Shown here in pieces: positions 45,980 through 56,276 of a stretch of DNA of 64,000 nucleotides. Source of the stretch: a candidate division WOR-3 bacterium (lineage in GTDB: Bacteria; Hydrothermota; Tepidihabitantia; B3-TA06); NCBI GenBank assembly GCA_965649265.1, contig CBFGKC010000006.1, positions 122,883-186,882 of the forward strand, given 5' to 3'. Position 1 is the first letter of the stretch. The number at the start of each line of letters is the position of its first letter. A program made the translations under genes and the position numbers. The notes beneath the pieces are model-generated. The model was not told the origin of the DNA, did not search any database, and was given only the letters and a program-made list of their open reading frames with translations.

Positions 45980-47638
45980 ATGTCAAAAAACAAGTTTTTG
46001 TTACTGTGCATAGTTACCCTCGTGACAATGAGTTCCGGGTATGCTGTTTTGCCTCCGGAGGAGGTTTGGAACGTACCATACAGCTCAGGGGACTTCGTGA
46101 GAGGTTATGATCTCGCAGTTGATGCACAGGGAAATGTATTCGTCGCAGGCGAGTACGATAACGGCATGGATAATGATTTTCTTATCATCAAATATGACCC
46201 TTCAGGTACGGTATTGTGGTACAGGATTTTCGACTCCGGTGGAAATGATGAACCGCAGTCGATAATCCTTGACGCCGGCGGTAACGTTTACGTCTGCGGC
46301 TCTTTCGTGGATACTCTCGTACCCGGAACCGTTCACGCAAGACTTCTTAAGTACAATTCCGCCGGGGACAGCCTTTTAAACGCATCGTACGGTTTTTCGG
46401 CTTTCACCAGGCTGTACGCCGTAACCATTGATAAATCGGGCGGCCTTTATCTGGCCGGCTACACGACGAATCCATCGAACTCGGATTTTCTATTCATGCA
46501 ATGCGATACGATTACCGGCGACACTCTCTGGACAAAAGTTTATGATTCAGGAAGGGAAGAGAGTGTCTACGGTATTGCGGTCGATACGCTCGGTAACATT
46601 TTCGTGACCGGGACTGCAGGAGCAGATGCCGATACCACGGACGTAAGGACCATTAAATACGGTCCTACTCGCACTATTTTGTGGAACGAGCTCTACAACT
46701 CCGGCAGCTACGATGACGCCGGGGATCTTTCGCTTGACGGACAGGGCAACGTTTACGTCGGCCTTTCGAGCTACAACTCGTCAGGGAATGCCGACTATAG
46801 ATTAATCAAGTACGACTCCGGCGGTGGTATTGTCTGGAACAAATATTATGACGCCGGCTCCGAGGACTGGCTGAATGACGTGATTTGCGATGAATCGGGT
46901 AACGCCTACATAACCGGTATGTCACTAAGCGGGCCGACCAACAGTGACATAAGAACCATGAAATATACACCTGACGGGGATATCGAATGGTATAAGGTCT
47001 ACGACTCTGGAACCCGTTTCAACGCCTTGTTAGGAGATGGTGCCAGTGGCATTGTTCTTGACGGACTCGGCTATGTTTATGTTACTGGTTACTACGCGAC
47101 ACCAGGCAGCGTGAGTATCCGCACAATAAAGTACAGGCAGTTTTTTACCATAGCCGGTAAAACAAGTCAGCCCTATGCTACCTTGAATCTTGATGGAGCC
47201 GTTACTGCCCAGACAATGTCCGATTCGAACGGCTACTACCAGTTTCTCGATCTTTCTTGCGGAAAGGATTACACGGTTACACCCAGTCTTGATGGTTATA
47301 CCTTTGAACCGTCATACAGGAAATATTCTCCTCTTATAAGCCACATGTTTCTTGAGGATTACACTGCTACACCGACTGGAATTGAAGACCTTTCGCAAAT
47401 ACGAGCAATTTCGCTCGAGGTATCCGCAAATAATGTAAGATACACTATCGATGAGCCCGGATTCGTAAAGCTTAGCGTTTACGATGCATGCGGCCGCAAT
47501 GTTGCGTCCCTTTTCGAAGGCATCCTTTCACCGGGAGAGTTCAATGCCGACTGGAAACCACAGGCTGCCGGGGTCTACTTCGTCAAGTTGGACGTGTCGA
47601 ACAAATCGGTAACAAAAAAGATAACTTTCATAAAGTAA
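45980..47638 (+). CDS. SBBP-like beta-propeller + Ig-like domain exported protein with sorting-like domain
   Basis: Same repeats; DSNGYY.F..L..G..YTVTP...GY.F.P domain; YD.CGR..AGVYF. Confidence 0.85.
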   Translation: MSKNKFLLLCIVTLVTMSSGYAVLPPEEVWNVPYSSGDFVRGYDLAVDAQGNVFVAGEYDNGMDNDFLIIKYDPSGTVLWYRIFDSGGNDEPQSIILDAGGNVYVCGSFVDTLVPGTVHARLLKYNSAGDSLLNASYGFSAFTRLYAVTIDKSGGLYLAGYTTNPSNSDFLFMQCDTITGDTLWTKVYDSGREESVYGIAVDTLGNIFVTGTAGADADTTDVRTIKYGPTRTILWNELYNSGSYDDAGDLSLDGQGNVYVGLSSYNSSGNADYRLIKYDSGGGIVWNKYYDAGSEDWLNDVICDESGNAYITGMSLSGPTNSDIRTMKYTPDGDIEWYKVYDSGTRFNALLGDGASGIVLDGLGYVYVTGYYATPGSVSIRTIKYRQFFTIAGKTSQPYATLNLDGAVTAQTMSDSNGYYQFLDLSCGKDYTVTPSLDGYTFEPSYRKYSPLISHMFLEDYTATPTGIEDLSQIRAISLEVSANNVRYTIDEPGFVKLSVYDACGRNVASLFEGILSPGEFNADWKPQAAGVYFVKLDVSNKSVTKKITFIK

Positions 47639-47666
47639 CTGTTTTTTCTAAACACAAGGATTTGAG

Positions 47667-47700
47667 CAGGGGCGTTCATGAACCGCCCCTGTCTCTTTTT
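47667..47700 (+). terminator. Probable intrinsic terminator
   Basis: CAGGGGCG...CGCCCCTG hairpin followed by TCTCTTTTT. Confidence 0.6.
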
Positions 47701-47776
47701 GTACTGAAACGGTATCTTCTTGGAATTTCTGCACGACCAGGGACGTAAGGCGCATTTCGTTTTTTAATAGATTCTG

Positions 47777-47804
47777 TTGACACTGCGTATGCAATACATA
47801 TAAT
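47777..47804 (+). promoter_or_regulatory. Promoter TTGACA-16-TATAAT for the V-ATPase C-F-A-B-D operon
   Basis: Perfect hexamers; ATG 9 nt downstream; no SD. Confidence 0.7.
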
Positions 47805-47813
47805 CTTTTTAAG

Positions 47814-48800
47814 ATGGTCGGCTATACCCCCTCTGAAGACCCGCGTTACGCATTTGTCATCGGTCGCGTAAGATCGCGGGAAGCTCGTATGTTGAATCGC
47901 CAGCAGTTCGACAGGCTGCTCGAGGCTCGTACCGAGAGTCAGATGCTTTCAAATCTAGCGGATACACCCTACTCGGAAACTCGCGCCGAAGACATTGAAA
48001 CCATGCTTATGCGTGCCGCGTCAGAGGAGGAGGCGTTCTTCTACCGGTATCTTGAAAATGAAAGGATACTTGACTTTTTTAAGGCACCTGATAGAGCCTC
48101 TAATCTTAAATTTGCGTTGAGACGCAAGTACCGGGGGGAGGTGGAGGATTCACTTTTTATTTCTGACGCTCCTTCCTCAATGGAGGTGTTAGCCAGGTAT
48201 CTTGAAGGAGAGTCCGTTATAGTCCCTGACTGGATGCGCGCTGCGGCCGGGAAAGTGGTCGCGGCGAATATCGAAAAAATCGATCCATCGAGCATAGATG
48301 TGATTGTGGATTCGGCTCTGATTATGCATCAACATACCCTTTCAGAGGGGTCTTCTTTTCTTGAGAAGCTGCTGTCGTTAAGGGTCGATTTTGCCAACCT
48401 TCTTGCTTTTTTACGAATAAAGGTTTCAGGGGAGGAGGGGGATGAATTCTCGAAAACGTTTCTTCCTTACGGTACGATTTCAATCGCTCGTTTCAACTCA
48501 TGGTCGCAGCTGGGTTGGGATTCCTTGCCGCGGGAGGTAAAAAAAACAGAGATTTTCAAAAAACTAGAAGAAGGATTAAAGGAACTGCCGGATAGTTTTC
48601 TTTTACTCGAACGTGAAATCAAGGAGGAGGAACTCTCATACCTTTTGTCGACAAGACGATTGGTTTTTGGATATGAACCCCTGGTGGGTTACAGTCTTCT
48701 CAAGAGAGAAGAGCGCCGCAACATTCAAAGGGTAGCTACAGGTTTGCGGTACGGTCTTGAAAAAGAAACAATAAGGAAGTCCATTGCCTGGTTTGACTGA
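47814..48800 (+). CDS. V/A-type ATP synthase subunit C
   Basis: YA..GRVR.RE..ML...L.DTPY; DFANL...LR; G.EP..GY....E..N; operon context. Confidence 0.85.
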   Translation: MVGYTPSEDPRYAFVIGRVRSREARMLNRQQFDRLLEARTESQMLSNLADTPYSETRAEDIETMLMRAASEEEAFFYRYLENERILDFFKAPDRASNLKFALRRKYRGEVEDSLFISDAPSSMEVLARYLEGESVIVPDWMRAAAGKVVAANIEKIDPSSIDVIVDSALIMHQHTLSEGSSFLEKLLSLRVDFANLLAFLRIKVSGEEGDEFSKTFLPYGTISIARFNSWSQLGWDSLPREVKKTEIFKKLEEGLKELPDSFLLLEREIKEEELSYLLSTRRLVFGYEPLVGYSLLKREERRNIQRVATGLRYGLEKETIRKSIAWFD

Positions 48801-49110
48801 AATTTGTGTCCTTGGCCCGGAGGAGCTTCTGGAACCATTCAGGGCCGTCGGGCTTGCCGGTTCGGTTGCGGACAAGAGCAGCGCCCTCGAACGGGCAAGA
48901 ACGCTCGCACAGAGTGAGTACAAGATAGTTTTTTATGACGAGGAATTCTATCCGCTCCTCAAGGATTTTCTCCTTAAGCGACCTGGCGGGGTTTTCCCAA
49001 CCTACATCCCCGTTCCCTCTCTTTCCGGAGGAGAACGATACGCCATGGAGCGGCTGAGAGAGTTAATAAAAAAGGCCATAGGAGTTGACGTCTACTTGGA
49101 GGCCAAGTGA
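48784..49110 (+). CDS. V/A-type ATP synthase subunit F
   Basis: I.VLG.....F.A.G...P....P...L...I.KAIG.D. Confidence 0.85.
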   Translation: MPGLTEICVLGPEELLEPFRAVGLAGSVADKSSALERARTLAQSEYKIVFYDEEFYPLLKDFLLKRPGGVFPTYIPVPSLSGGERYAMERLRELIKKAIGVDVYLEAK

Positions 49111-50879
49111 GAAAAGAAGAAACTGGTCGAATAGTAAAGGTATCGGGCCCGCTGGTCATTGCCGAGGGTATGAGTACCTCAAAGATGTACGACGTGGTTA
49201 AAGTGTCGGACAAGCGTCTTGTTGGTGAAATTATTGGATTGTCAGGCACTCGTGCCTCGATACAGGTTTACGAGGAGACAGGCGGTATCGGCCCCGGTGA
49301 ACCCGTATATCCGACATACGAACCCCTTTCCGTGGAGCTTGGTCCGGGTCTTATTGAGGCCATTTACGACGGGATTCAGCGTCCCCTGTCAGATATAGCG
49401 GATAAAACGGGAGCCTTCATATCCCGAGGTGTTGAAGTGCCTGCGCTGCCGCGCGACAAGAAATGGGATTTCGTCCCCTCCCTCAAGAAGGGCGACAAGG
49501 TTGGGCCTGGCGATGTGCTCGGAACGGTCAAGGAAACGATACTCATCGAGCACCGTATACTGGTTCCACCGGGTGTATCCGGCGAAATCGTAGAAATATC
49601 AAAAGGCTCGTTTAACGTGGAGTCGACCGTTGCCGTCATCAAATCACCCGAAGGTAAAAGCATCGAAGTCGCAATGATGCAGCGCTGGCCGGTCAGAAAA
49701 CCCCGTCCGTATATGCGCAAATATTCGCCATTTGAGATTCTATCCACGGGGCAGCGCGTTGTGGACACGTTCTTCCCGCTCGGAAAGGGTGGAACCGCAT
49801 GCGTTCCAGGGCCGTTCGGATCGGGCAAGACCGTCATCCAGCATCAGCTGGCCAAGTGGGCGGATGCCGAAGTGATCGTCTACGTGGGCTGCGGCGAGCG
49901 CGGAAACGAGATGACCGATGTGCTCATAGAGTTCCCGGAACTCAAGGACCCCAAATCGGGCGAGCCCCTTATGAAACGCACGGTGCTCATCGCCAACACA
50001 TCGAACATGCCGGTTGCCGCACGGGAAGCGTCGGTCTACACCGGTATTACGATAGCCGAGTACTTCCGTGACATGGGGTATTCGGTTGCCCTCATGGCCG
50101 ACTCAACCTCGCGCTGGGCCGAGGCCATGCGAGAGATTTCCGGACGCCTCGAGGAGATGCCCGGTGAAGAAGGTTATCCTGCATATCTTTCCGCTCGCAT
50201 CGCCGAGTTCTACGAACGCGCTGGACTTGTCGAATGTCTGGGCTCGACCTCGAAAAGAGGGGCCCTGTCCGTTATCGGCGCCGTGTCCCCTCCGGGCGGC
50301 GACCTTTCGGACCCGGTCGTTCAAGCCACCTTGCGCGTCGTAAAGGTTTTCTGGTCGCTAGAGGACAAACTGGCCTACGCCCGCCATTTTCCTGCAATTT
50401 CCTGGTTGCGCTCTTACTCCTTATATGTCGATTCGATCTCGGCAAAGCTGCGTGAAGAGATAGGAACTAACTTCCTTGAGGATACGAAGGAAGCCATGAG
50501 ACTCTTGCAGGAGGAGGCCGATCTGACCGAGATAGTCCGACTCATCGGCATTGACGCACTTTCACCTAACGAACGCCTCATTATGGAAGCGGCGCGTTCG
50601 ATTCGCGAGGACTTTCTGCACCAGAACGCGTTCCACGAGATTGACACGTACGCCAGCCTTGATAAACAGGCACGTATGCTTTCCCTTGTTCTCTGCTACT
50701 ACAAAGAAACCAAGAAGGCACTCGAACAGGGAGCACTTCTTGAAGATCTCGTCAGCCTCCAGGTTCGTGAAAAGATTGCCCGAGCTCGCTACCTGCCTGA
50801 GAGCGAGCGCGAAACCATCACTAAAACCGAGGAGGAGGTTATCGCTGAAATCGCTTCCTTAAAGAAGGAGGTCTCCTGA
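49107..50879 (+). CDS. V/A-type ATP synthase subunit A
   Basis: [40 protein letters not shown]; no intein. Confidence 0.97.
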   Translation: MRKEETGRIVKVSGPLVIAEGMSTSKMYDVVKVSDKRLVGEIIGLSGTRASIQVYEETGGIGPGEPVYPTYEPLSVELGPGLIEAIYDGIQRPLSDIADKTGAFISRGVEVPALPRDKKWDFVPSLKKGDKVGPGDVLGTVKETILIEHRILVPPGVSGEIVEISKGSFNVESTVAVIKSPEGKSIEVAMMQRWPVRKPRPYMRKYSPFEILSTGQRVVDTFFPLGKGGTACVPGPFGSGKTVIQHQLAKWADAEVIVYVGCGERGNEMTDVLIEFPELKDPKSGEPLMKRTVLIANTSNMPVAAREASVYTGITIAEYFRDMGYSVALMADSTSRWAEAMREISGRLEEMPGEEGYPAYLSARIAEFYERAGLVECLGSTSKRGALSVIGAVSPPGGDLSDPVVQATLRVVKVFWSLEDKLAYARHFPAISWLRSYSLYVDSISAKLREEIGTNFLEDTKEAMRLLQEEADLTEIVRLIGIDALSPNERLIMEAARSIREDFLHQNAFHEIDTYASLDKQARMLSLVLCYYKETKKALEQGALLEDLVSLQVREKIARARYLPESERETITKTEEEVIAEIASLKKEVS

Positions 50880-52387
50880 TGCCCCGTAACACCCGTAACA
50901 CACCCAATCCCTCCCATAACACCTCCCAAACTCTTGAGGAAACCTCTGGTTTAAAGCCTACTGTGGAAGATAAACCCAAGGGTATAATCGATTACCAGAC
51001 GATTACCTCTGTTTCTGGTCCACTCCTTCTCGTTGAGGGAGTCGAAGGAGTCAAGTATGAGGAGCTTGTTGAGATATTCCTTCCCTCAGGCGAACGCCGC
51101 AGGGGAAGGGTGCTTGAGGTTAACCAGGACAAGGCGCTCATACAGATATTTGAGGGTTCCTCGGGAATCGAGATAGGCCAGACAAGGGTACGCTTTCTTG
51201 GCAAGGGCATAACCTTGGGGGTCTCCGAGGAACTTCTCGGCCGCGTATTCGACGGCCTGGGCCGCCCGCGCGACAGCTCACCCGAGCTTATCCCTGAAGA
51301 ATTTCGCGACATCAACGGTCTTCCAATCAATCCCTTCGCTCGCAGCTACCCCAACGAGTTTATCGAGACAGGCATCTCCGCTATAGACGGATTGAACACG
51401 CTAGTACGTGGGCAGAAGCTTCCTATCTTCTCCGGTTCCGGTTTGCCGCACAACCGCATGGCGGCTCAGATAGCGCGTCAGGCAAAAGTACTCGGCGCAG
51501 CGGAGGAGTTTGCGGTGGTGTTCGGCGCAATGGGCATCACGTTCGAGGAAGCCCAGTTCTTTATCGATGATTTCCGCCGTACAGGGGCCCTTGAGCGCGC
51601 GGTACTCTTTCTTAACCTTGCGGACGACCCTGCAATCGAGCGAATCGCGACACCGCGTGTTGCGTTCACCGCAGCGGAGTATCTCGCCTTTACGAAGAAT
51701 TATCACGTCCTCGTTATCCTCACAGACCTGACCAATTACTGCGAGGCCCTTCGTGAGATATCCGCCGCCCGAAAGGAGATTCCCGGTCGGCGCGGTTACC
51801 CCGGCTATCTATACACCGATCTTGCCACCATCTACGAGCGATCAGGCCGCATCAAGGATTCGACCGGTTCCATAACCCTCGTTCCCATTCTCACCATGCC
51901 CGAGGACGACAAGACCCACCCTATTCCAGACCTTACCGGGTATATCACCGAGGGGCAGATCATCCTTTCCCGCGTACTCAATAACAAGAACGTCGCTCCG
52001 CCGGTAGACGTACTCCCCTCCCTCTCCCGTCTCAAGGACAAGGGTATAGGCAAGGGAAAAACTCGCGAGGATCACGCGGATTCGTTTAACCAGCTTTACG
52101 CCGCGTATGCACGAGGCAAGGAAGCCCAGGAACTGGCCGTGATTCTCGGTGAGGCGGCGTTGACCGATATCGACAAGCTTTACATGAAATTTGCCGAGGC
52201 GTTCGAGCGCCGCTACATTTCCCAGGGCGAGTACGAGGCTCGCAGCATCGAGGAGACACTTGATTTGGGTTGGGAGCTTTTGACCAGTCTTCCGCGTTCG
52301 GAGATGAAGCGCGTTCGGGACGAAAACCTTGCAAAGTATTACGATACCGCGTTCGCAAAATTCCAGAAGACCGGGGAGAAATCATAA
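50879..52387 (+). CDS. V/A-type ATP synthase subunit B
   Basis: [44 protein letters not shown]. Confidence 0.97.
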   Translation: MPRNTRNTPNPSHNTSQTLEETSGLKPTVEDKPKGIIDYQTITSVSGPLLLVEGVEGVKYEELVEIFLPSGERRRGRVLEVNQDKALIQIFEGSSGIEIGQTRVRFLGKGITLGVSEELLGRVFDGLGRPRDSSPELIPEEFRDINGLPINPFARSYPNEFIETGISAIDGLNTLVRGQKLPIFSGSGLPHNRMAAQIARQAKVLGAAEEFAVVFGAMGITFEEAQFFIDDFRRTGALERAVLFLNLADDPAIERIATPRVAFTAAEYLAFTKNYHVLVILTDLTNYCEALREISAARKEIPGRRGYPGYLYTDLATIYERSGRIKDSTGSITLVPILTMPEDDKTHPIPDLTGYITEGQIILSRVLNNKNVAPPVDVLPSLSRLKDKGIGKGKTREDHADSFNQLYAAYARGKEAQELAVILGEAALTDIDKLYMKFAEAFERRYISQGEYEARSIEETLDLGWELLTSLPRSEMKRVRDENLAKYYDTAFAKFQKTGEKS

Positions 52388-52466
52388 TCGCCATCGATTT
52401 CTGTAGTGCTTTGAGGGCGCCTGTCAACCTCGCATATGATTACAGAAAACAACTCGGAGGTAAGCG

Positions 52467-53084
52467 ATGAGGCTTAACGTGAATGCGACCAGAATGGAGC
52501 TTCTTAAGCTTCGTCGCAGGCTTGTCATAGCAGAGCGTGGATACAAGTTGCTGAAGGACAAGCTTGAAGAACTCATGCGTAATGTTTATTCGCTTGTGGA
52601 CGAGATTCAAGCACTCAGAAAAGAAGTAGAGGAATCCCTTCGCAAGGCAGTTGCCCGTTACGCACTTGCAAAGAATCAGAGAGTACCGAACTCGACAAGG
52701 ATAGCCACTTCGCTGCCTTCGGTCAAGCTTTCAGTTGAATCAGGAACAAAACGAATCCTTAACGTGAAGACTCCTACTTTCAAACCCAAGCTCGAGGGGC
52801 GCATTCGTTGTTATGGGTTTCTTGAAACCTCTGGAGAACTTGACCTTTCACTTGCTTCTCTCTATAAGGTTCTCGAAAAGATGGTGCTGCTGGCCGAAAA
52901 GGAAAACACCCTTGAACTCGTCGCTCAAGAAATAGAACGTACTCGCCGCAGGGTCAACGCCCTCGAGTACGTCGTCATTCCGAACATCAAAGAGACCATT
53001 TCTTACATAAACCTGAAGCTGGCCGAAATGGAGAGGGGTAATCTTACACGTCTCATGCGGATTAAGGAAATCATCAGGGGTTAA
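52467..53084 (+). CDS. V/A-type ATP synthase subunit D
   Basis: ATRMEL...A.RG.KLLKDK; EI..TRRRVNALE...IP. Confidence 0.95.
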   Translation: MRLNVNATRMELLKLRRRLVIAERGYKLLKDKLEELMRNVYSLVDEIQALRKEVEESLRKAVARYALAKNQRVPNSTRIATSLPSVKLSVESGTKRILNVKTPTFKPKLEGRIRCYGFLETSGELDLSLASLYKVLEKMVLLAEKENTLELVAQEIERTRRRVNALEYVVIPNIKETISYINLKLAEMERGNLTRLMRIKEIIRG

Positions 53085-53085
53085 G

Positions 53086-53418
53086 TTGAAGCGACAACAC
53101 GTATATCTGATAGTTTGGGGAGTGTTTCTTATCAGTCTTTCGCTGATTCCGGGAAGGATATCGATTGTCAATAAGTTTCCCATGGACAAGGTGCTTCACT
53201 TTTTCGCCTTCAGTTATCTGGGTTTTCTTTCAGGACGTTCTTTGGGTTGGTGGGGTGTTTTAGTCGTTCTGGTTTTCGGTGTGGGAAATGAATTTTTGCA
53301 GTATTTGACTCCGGGGAGGAATGTGGCTTTTTTTGATATAGCGTCAAACGAACTCGGTATAATTGTCGGGTTTATTATCGGATACGCCAGAAGGAAACGT
53401 GCGGTTTCAGAGAGTTAA
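53086..53418 (+). CDS. VanZ family membrane protein
   Basis: DK..HF.AF..LG; E.LQ...PGR....D...N..G. Confidence 0.85.
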   Translation: MKRQHVYLIVWGVFLISLSLIPGRISIVNKFPMDKVLHFFAFSYLGFLSGRSLGWWGVLVVLVFGVGNEFLQYLTPGRNVAFFDIASNELGIIVGFIIGYARRKRAVSES

Positions 53419-54688
53419 GGGCACGCGCGACGTGCTCCCACTGGAGATGATGGCTCGCAAAGAGCTTGAGGAAATCGCTTTCGCGCATTTTTCGAAAGCG
53501 GGTATCCTGCCTGTTCTTACTCCCACATTTGAAGCCTACGAGATGTATGAACGCTCAACGGGCGAATCCTCCGATATAGTTATAAAAGAGATGTACAAGT
53601 TCAGGGATATGGGTGACCGTGAATTGGCCCTGCGACCAGAGGGAACACCATCCATCATCCGCGCGGTCCTCGAGAATAATATCAAATTGCCGGCGCGTCT
53701 CTGGTATATGATGCCCATGTTCAGGCAGGATAAGCCGCAAAAAGGCCGCTATCGTGAGCATACCCAGATCGGCGTCGAAATAATCGGAGAAGCCGAGCCT
53801 GAGACCGATGTCGAACTCATAAAACTCGGTTTCGATCTTTTCACCAATATCGGTATGGATGGTCTCTATCTCGAACTCAACTCGATCGGCTGCAGGGAAT
53901 GCAGAACTTTGTATATGAAAGAATTGAACTCCTTCCTTTCCCTGCATCGCGATAAACTTTGCTCGGATTGTAAGGTTCGCATGGAACGTAACGCCCTGAG
54001 GGTTTTCGACTGCAAGGTGCCGAATTGTCAGGAGATTTTAAAAGATGCGCCTTCTCAATCGTCGTATCTTTGCCCGGAATGCTCCGTCCATTTCTCCAGG
54101 GTCAAGGAAGGACTTGTATACTTCAATATCCCATTCAAGGAGAACCCGAGGCTGGTGCGTGGACTTGACTACTATTCACGAACGGTCATTGAATTCAAAT
54201 CCTCGTCCCTTGGCGCACAGGATACGGTGTGCGGAGGAGGTCGTTATGATTACCTCATGGAAGAGATGGGCGGCCCGCCAACTCCCGGTGTAGGATTCGC
54301 ATTCGGAGTCGAGCGTGCTCTTCTTGCCTCAAAAGGGGAGGAGGTGCTTGAATATTCAGGAGCATCAATTCCGCTTGTTCTGCTTCCTCTCGGAGAGAAA
54401 GCACGGTCTGCCTCTTGCGGGTACGTTTTTAAACTCAGGGAATCAGGTATAACGTCTCTCGTCGAGTACCGGTCAGGGAACCTTTCAAAACAGCTCAAGC
54501 GAGCTTCCTCTCGGAATGCCTTAAGGGTTCTCATTATCGGCGATGACGAGTTGGCCTCGGGCAAACTAATTTTGAGAGACATGAAAACGGGAGAGCAAAG
54601 GGAAGTAACCTTGGAGGAGCTTTGCATGATACAAGAACTTAAGACACCCGCTTTTTTGTTGACAAGCGGTGATAATTCAATAACATAA
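53399..54688 (+). CDS. hisS: Histidine--tRNA ligase
   Basis: KGTRD, KEMY.F.D...LRPEGT, LVRGLDYY, GGGRYD, GF.FG.ER. Start moved to GTG 53399. Confidence 0.96.
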   Translation: MRFQRVKGTRDVLPLEMMARKELEEIAFAHFSKAGILPVLTPTFEAYEMYERSTGESSDIVIKEMYKFRDMGDRELALRPEGTPSIIRAVLENNIKLPARLWYMMPMFRQDKPQKGRYREHTQIGVEIIGEAEPETDVELIKLGFDLFTNIGMDGLYLELNSIGCRECRTLYMKELNSFLSLHRDKLCSDCKVRMERNALRVFDCKVPNCQEILKDAPSQSSYLCPECSVHFSRVKEGLVYFNIPFKENPRLVRGLDYYSRTVIEFKSSSLGAQDTVCGGGRYDYLMEEMGGPPTPGVGFAFGVERALLASKGEEVLEYSGASIPLVLLPLGEKARSASCGYVFKLRESGITSLVEYRSGNLSKQLKRASSRNALRVLIIGDDELASGKLILRDMKTGEQREVTLEELCMIQELKTPAFLLTSGDNSIT

Positions 54689-54691
54689 AGA

Positions 54692-55447
54692 ATGCGAAGG
54701 ATTGCCATAGTCAATCAAAAGGGCGGAGTCGGTAAGACTACCACGGCAATAAACCTTTCGGCGGCCCTGGCAGTAGCGGAGAAGCGGGTATTGCTTATTG
54801 ATGTTGATGCCCAGGCGAACGCCACTTCGGGACTCGGTCTTGAAAATCGCGAATCCAACCACTCCACATACGAGATTTTCATTAATCCTTCCAACATCAA
54901 GGAGACTATCCGCGCGACCTCCGTTAAATATCTGGATGCGGTGCCTGCATCCCTGGATCTTGCAGGTCTTGAGATTGAACTCATCGATACGGAGGGCAGG
55001 GAGTCTAGACTTCGACAGGCAATGTCTTACATTGATTCGTACGATTACGTTATAATGGACGCCCCCCCCTCCCTCGGTCTCCTGACGCTTAACGCTCTTG
55101 TTGCCGCAGACAGTGTTCTCATTCCGGTTCAGTGCGAATACTATTCCCTTGAGGGCATAAGCAAGCTCACTGATACTCTTAACAGGGTAAGGAGCTTTCT
55201 TAATCCGTCCCTCGAAATTTTCGGAGTCCTCCTGACCATGTATGACCCAAGAACGAATCTGGCCGATCAGGTTGCGGAGGAGATTAGAAAACATTTCCCT
55301 GAAAAAGTTTTCAGGGCGATGATTCCGCGAAACGTGCGTCTTGCCGAAGCGCCCAGTTTCGGCCAGACCATTCTTCATTACGACATCAATTCCCGCGGCG
55401 CCCAGGCTTACCTTGAGCTTGCGAGCGAGGTGATGGCTCGTGGCTAG
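54692..55447 (+). CDS. parA: Chromosome partitioning ATPase ParA/Soj
   Basis: NQKGGVGKTT, D.QANAT, D.PPSLG.LT, PVQCEYY, IPRNVRLAEAPSFG. Confidence 0.96.
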   Translation: MRRIAIVNQKGGVGKTTTAINLSAALAVAEKRVLLIDVDAQANATSGLGLENRESNHSTYEIFINPSNIKETIRATSVKYLDAVPASLDLAGLEIELIDTEGRESRLRQAMSYIDSYDYVIMDAPPSLGLLTLNALVAADSVLIPVQCEYYSLEGISKLTDTLNRVRSFLNPSLEIFGVLLTMYDPRTNLADQVAEEIRKHFPEKVFRAMIPRNVRLAEAPSFGQTILHYDINSRGAQAYLELASEVMARG

Positions 55448-56276
55448 GAAAGCGCTGGGCAAAGGTATCGACGCGCTTATTCCGGCGTCAACGGTCGAGG
55501 ATAAAGGTTCCTTCATTACCATACCTGTGACCTTGATAGCCGAGAATCCATATCAGCCGCGAAAGGTCACAGGCCAGGAGGTTCAGGATCTTGCTTCCTC
55601 TATAAAGGAACACGGATTGCTGCAGCCTATAGTGGTCCGTCGACACGGCGCAGGCTACCAGCTTGTCGCAGGTTCGCGTCGTCTCAAGGCTTCCCAGCTG
55701 GCAGGCCTTAAGGAAGTGCCTGTAATCATTCGCGAGGCGGATGATCGCCAGATGTTAGCCCTGGCACTCGTTGAGAATCTCCAGCGTGAGAATCTTAATC
55801 CGATAGAATCTGCACTTGCATACAAAGAACTCAGCGAGGCGTTCGGGATGACCCAGGAAGATATATCAAGGGTCGTTGGAAAGGATCGTTCTACGATCGC
55901 CAACACGCTGCGCCTTCTCTCCCTGCCTCGCAAAGCCAGGCTTTATCTTGAGGAAGAAAAGATATCCGAGGGCCATGCAAGGGCACTGCTCCAGATAGCC
56001 TCACTTTCACTCGTTGAAAAGATATGCGACAGGATATTAAACGAGGGACTTACTGTACGTGCCGTCGAAAAAATGGCCCAGGCATCTAAGAAAATCACTA
56101 TGCCTTCCAGACGTAAACAGCTTGACGGCATACATGCTTCAACCGAGGAGCTTATATCAGAGAGGCTCGGAGTTAAAGTAAAACTCGTACGTACGAGCAA
56201 GGGTGGCAAACTCGAATTACTCTTCTCGAATGAATCCGAGCTTGACCGGATTGTGGACTGGTTCAAGACCAGATGA
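55440..56276 (+). CDS. parB: Chromosome partitioning protein ParB/Spo0J
   Basis: ALGKG.DAL, NP.QPR, LLQPI.VR, ENLQRE.LNPIE, HTH GK.RS.IAN.LRL. Confidence 0.95.
   Translation: MARKALGKGIDALIPASTVEDKGSFITIPVTLIAENPYQPRKVTGQEVQDLASSIKEHGLLQPIVVRRHGAGYQLVAGSRRLKASQLAGLKEVPVIIREADDRQMLALALVENLQRENLNPIESALAYKELSEAFGMTQEDISRVVGKDRSTIANTLRLLSLPRKARLYLEEEKISEGHARALLQIASLSLVEKICDRILNEGLTVRAVEKMAQASKKITMPSRRKQLDGIHASTEELISERLGVKVKLVRTSKGGKLELLFSNESELDRIVDWFKTR

Noticed and set aside
54692-56276. oriC or parS next to parAB
   Set aside because: No intergenic DnaA-box cluster or parS palindrome was noticed; the genes are tightly packed.
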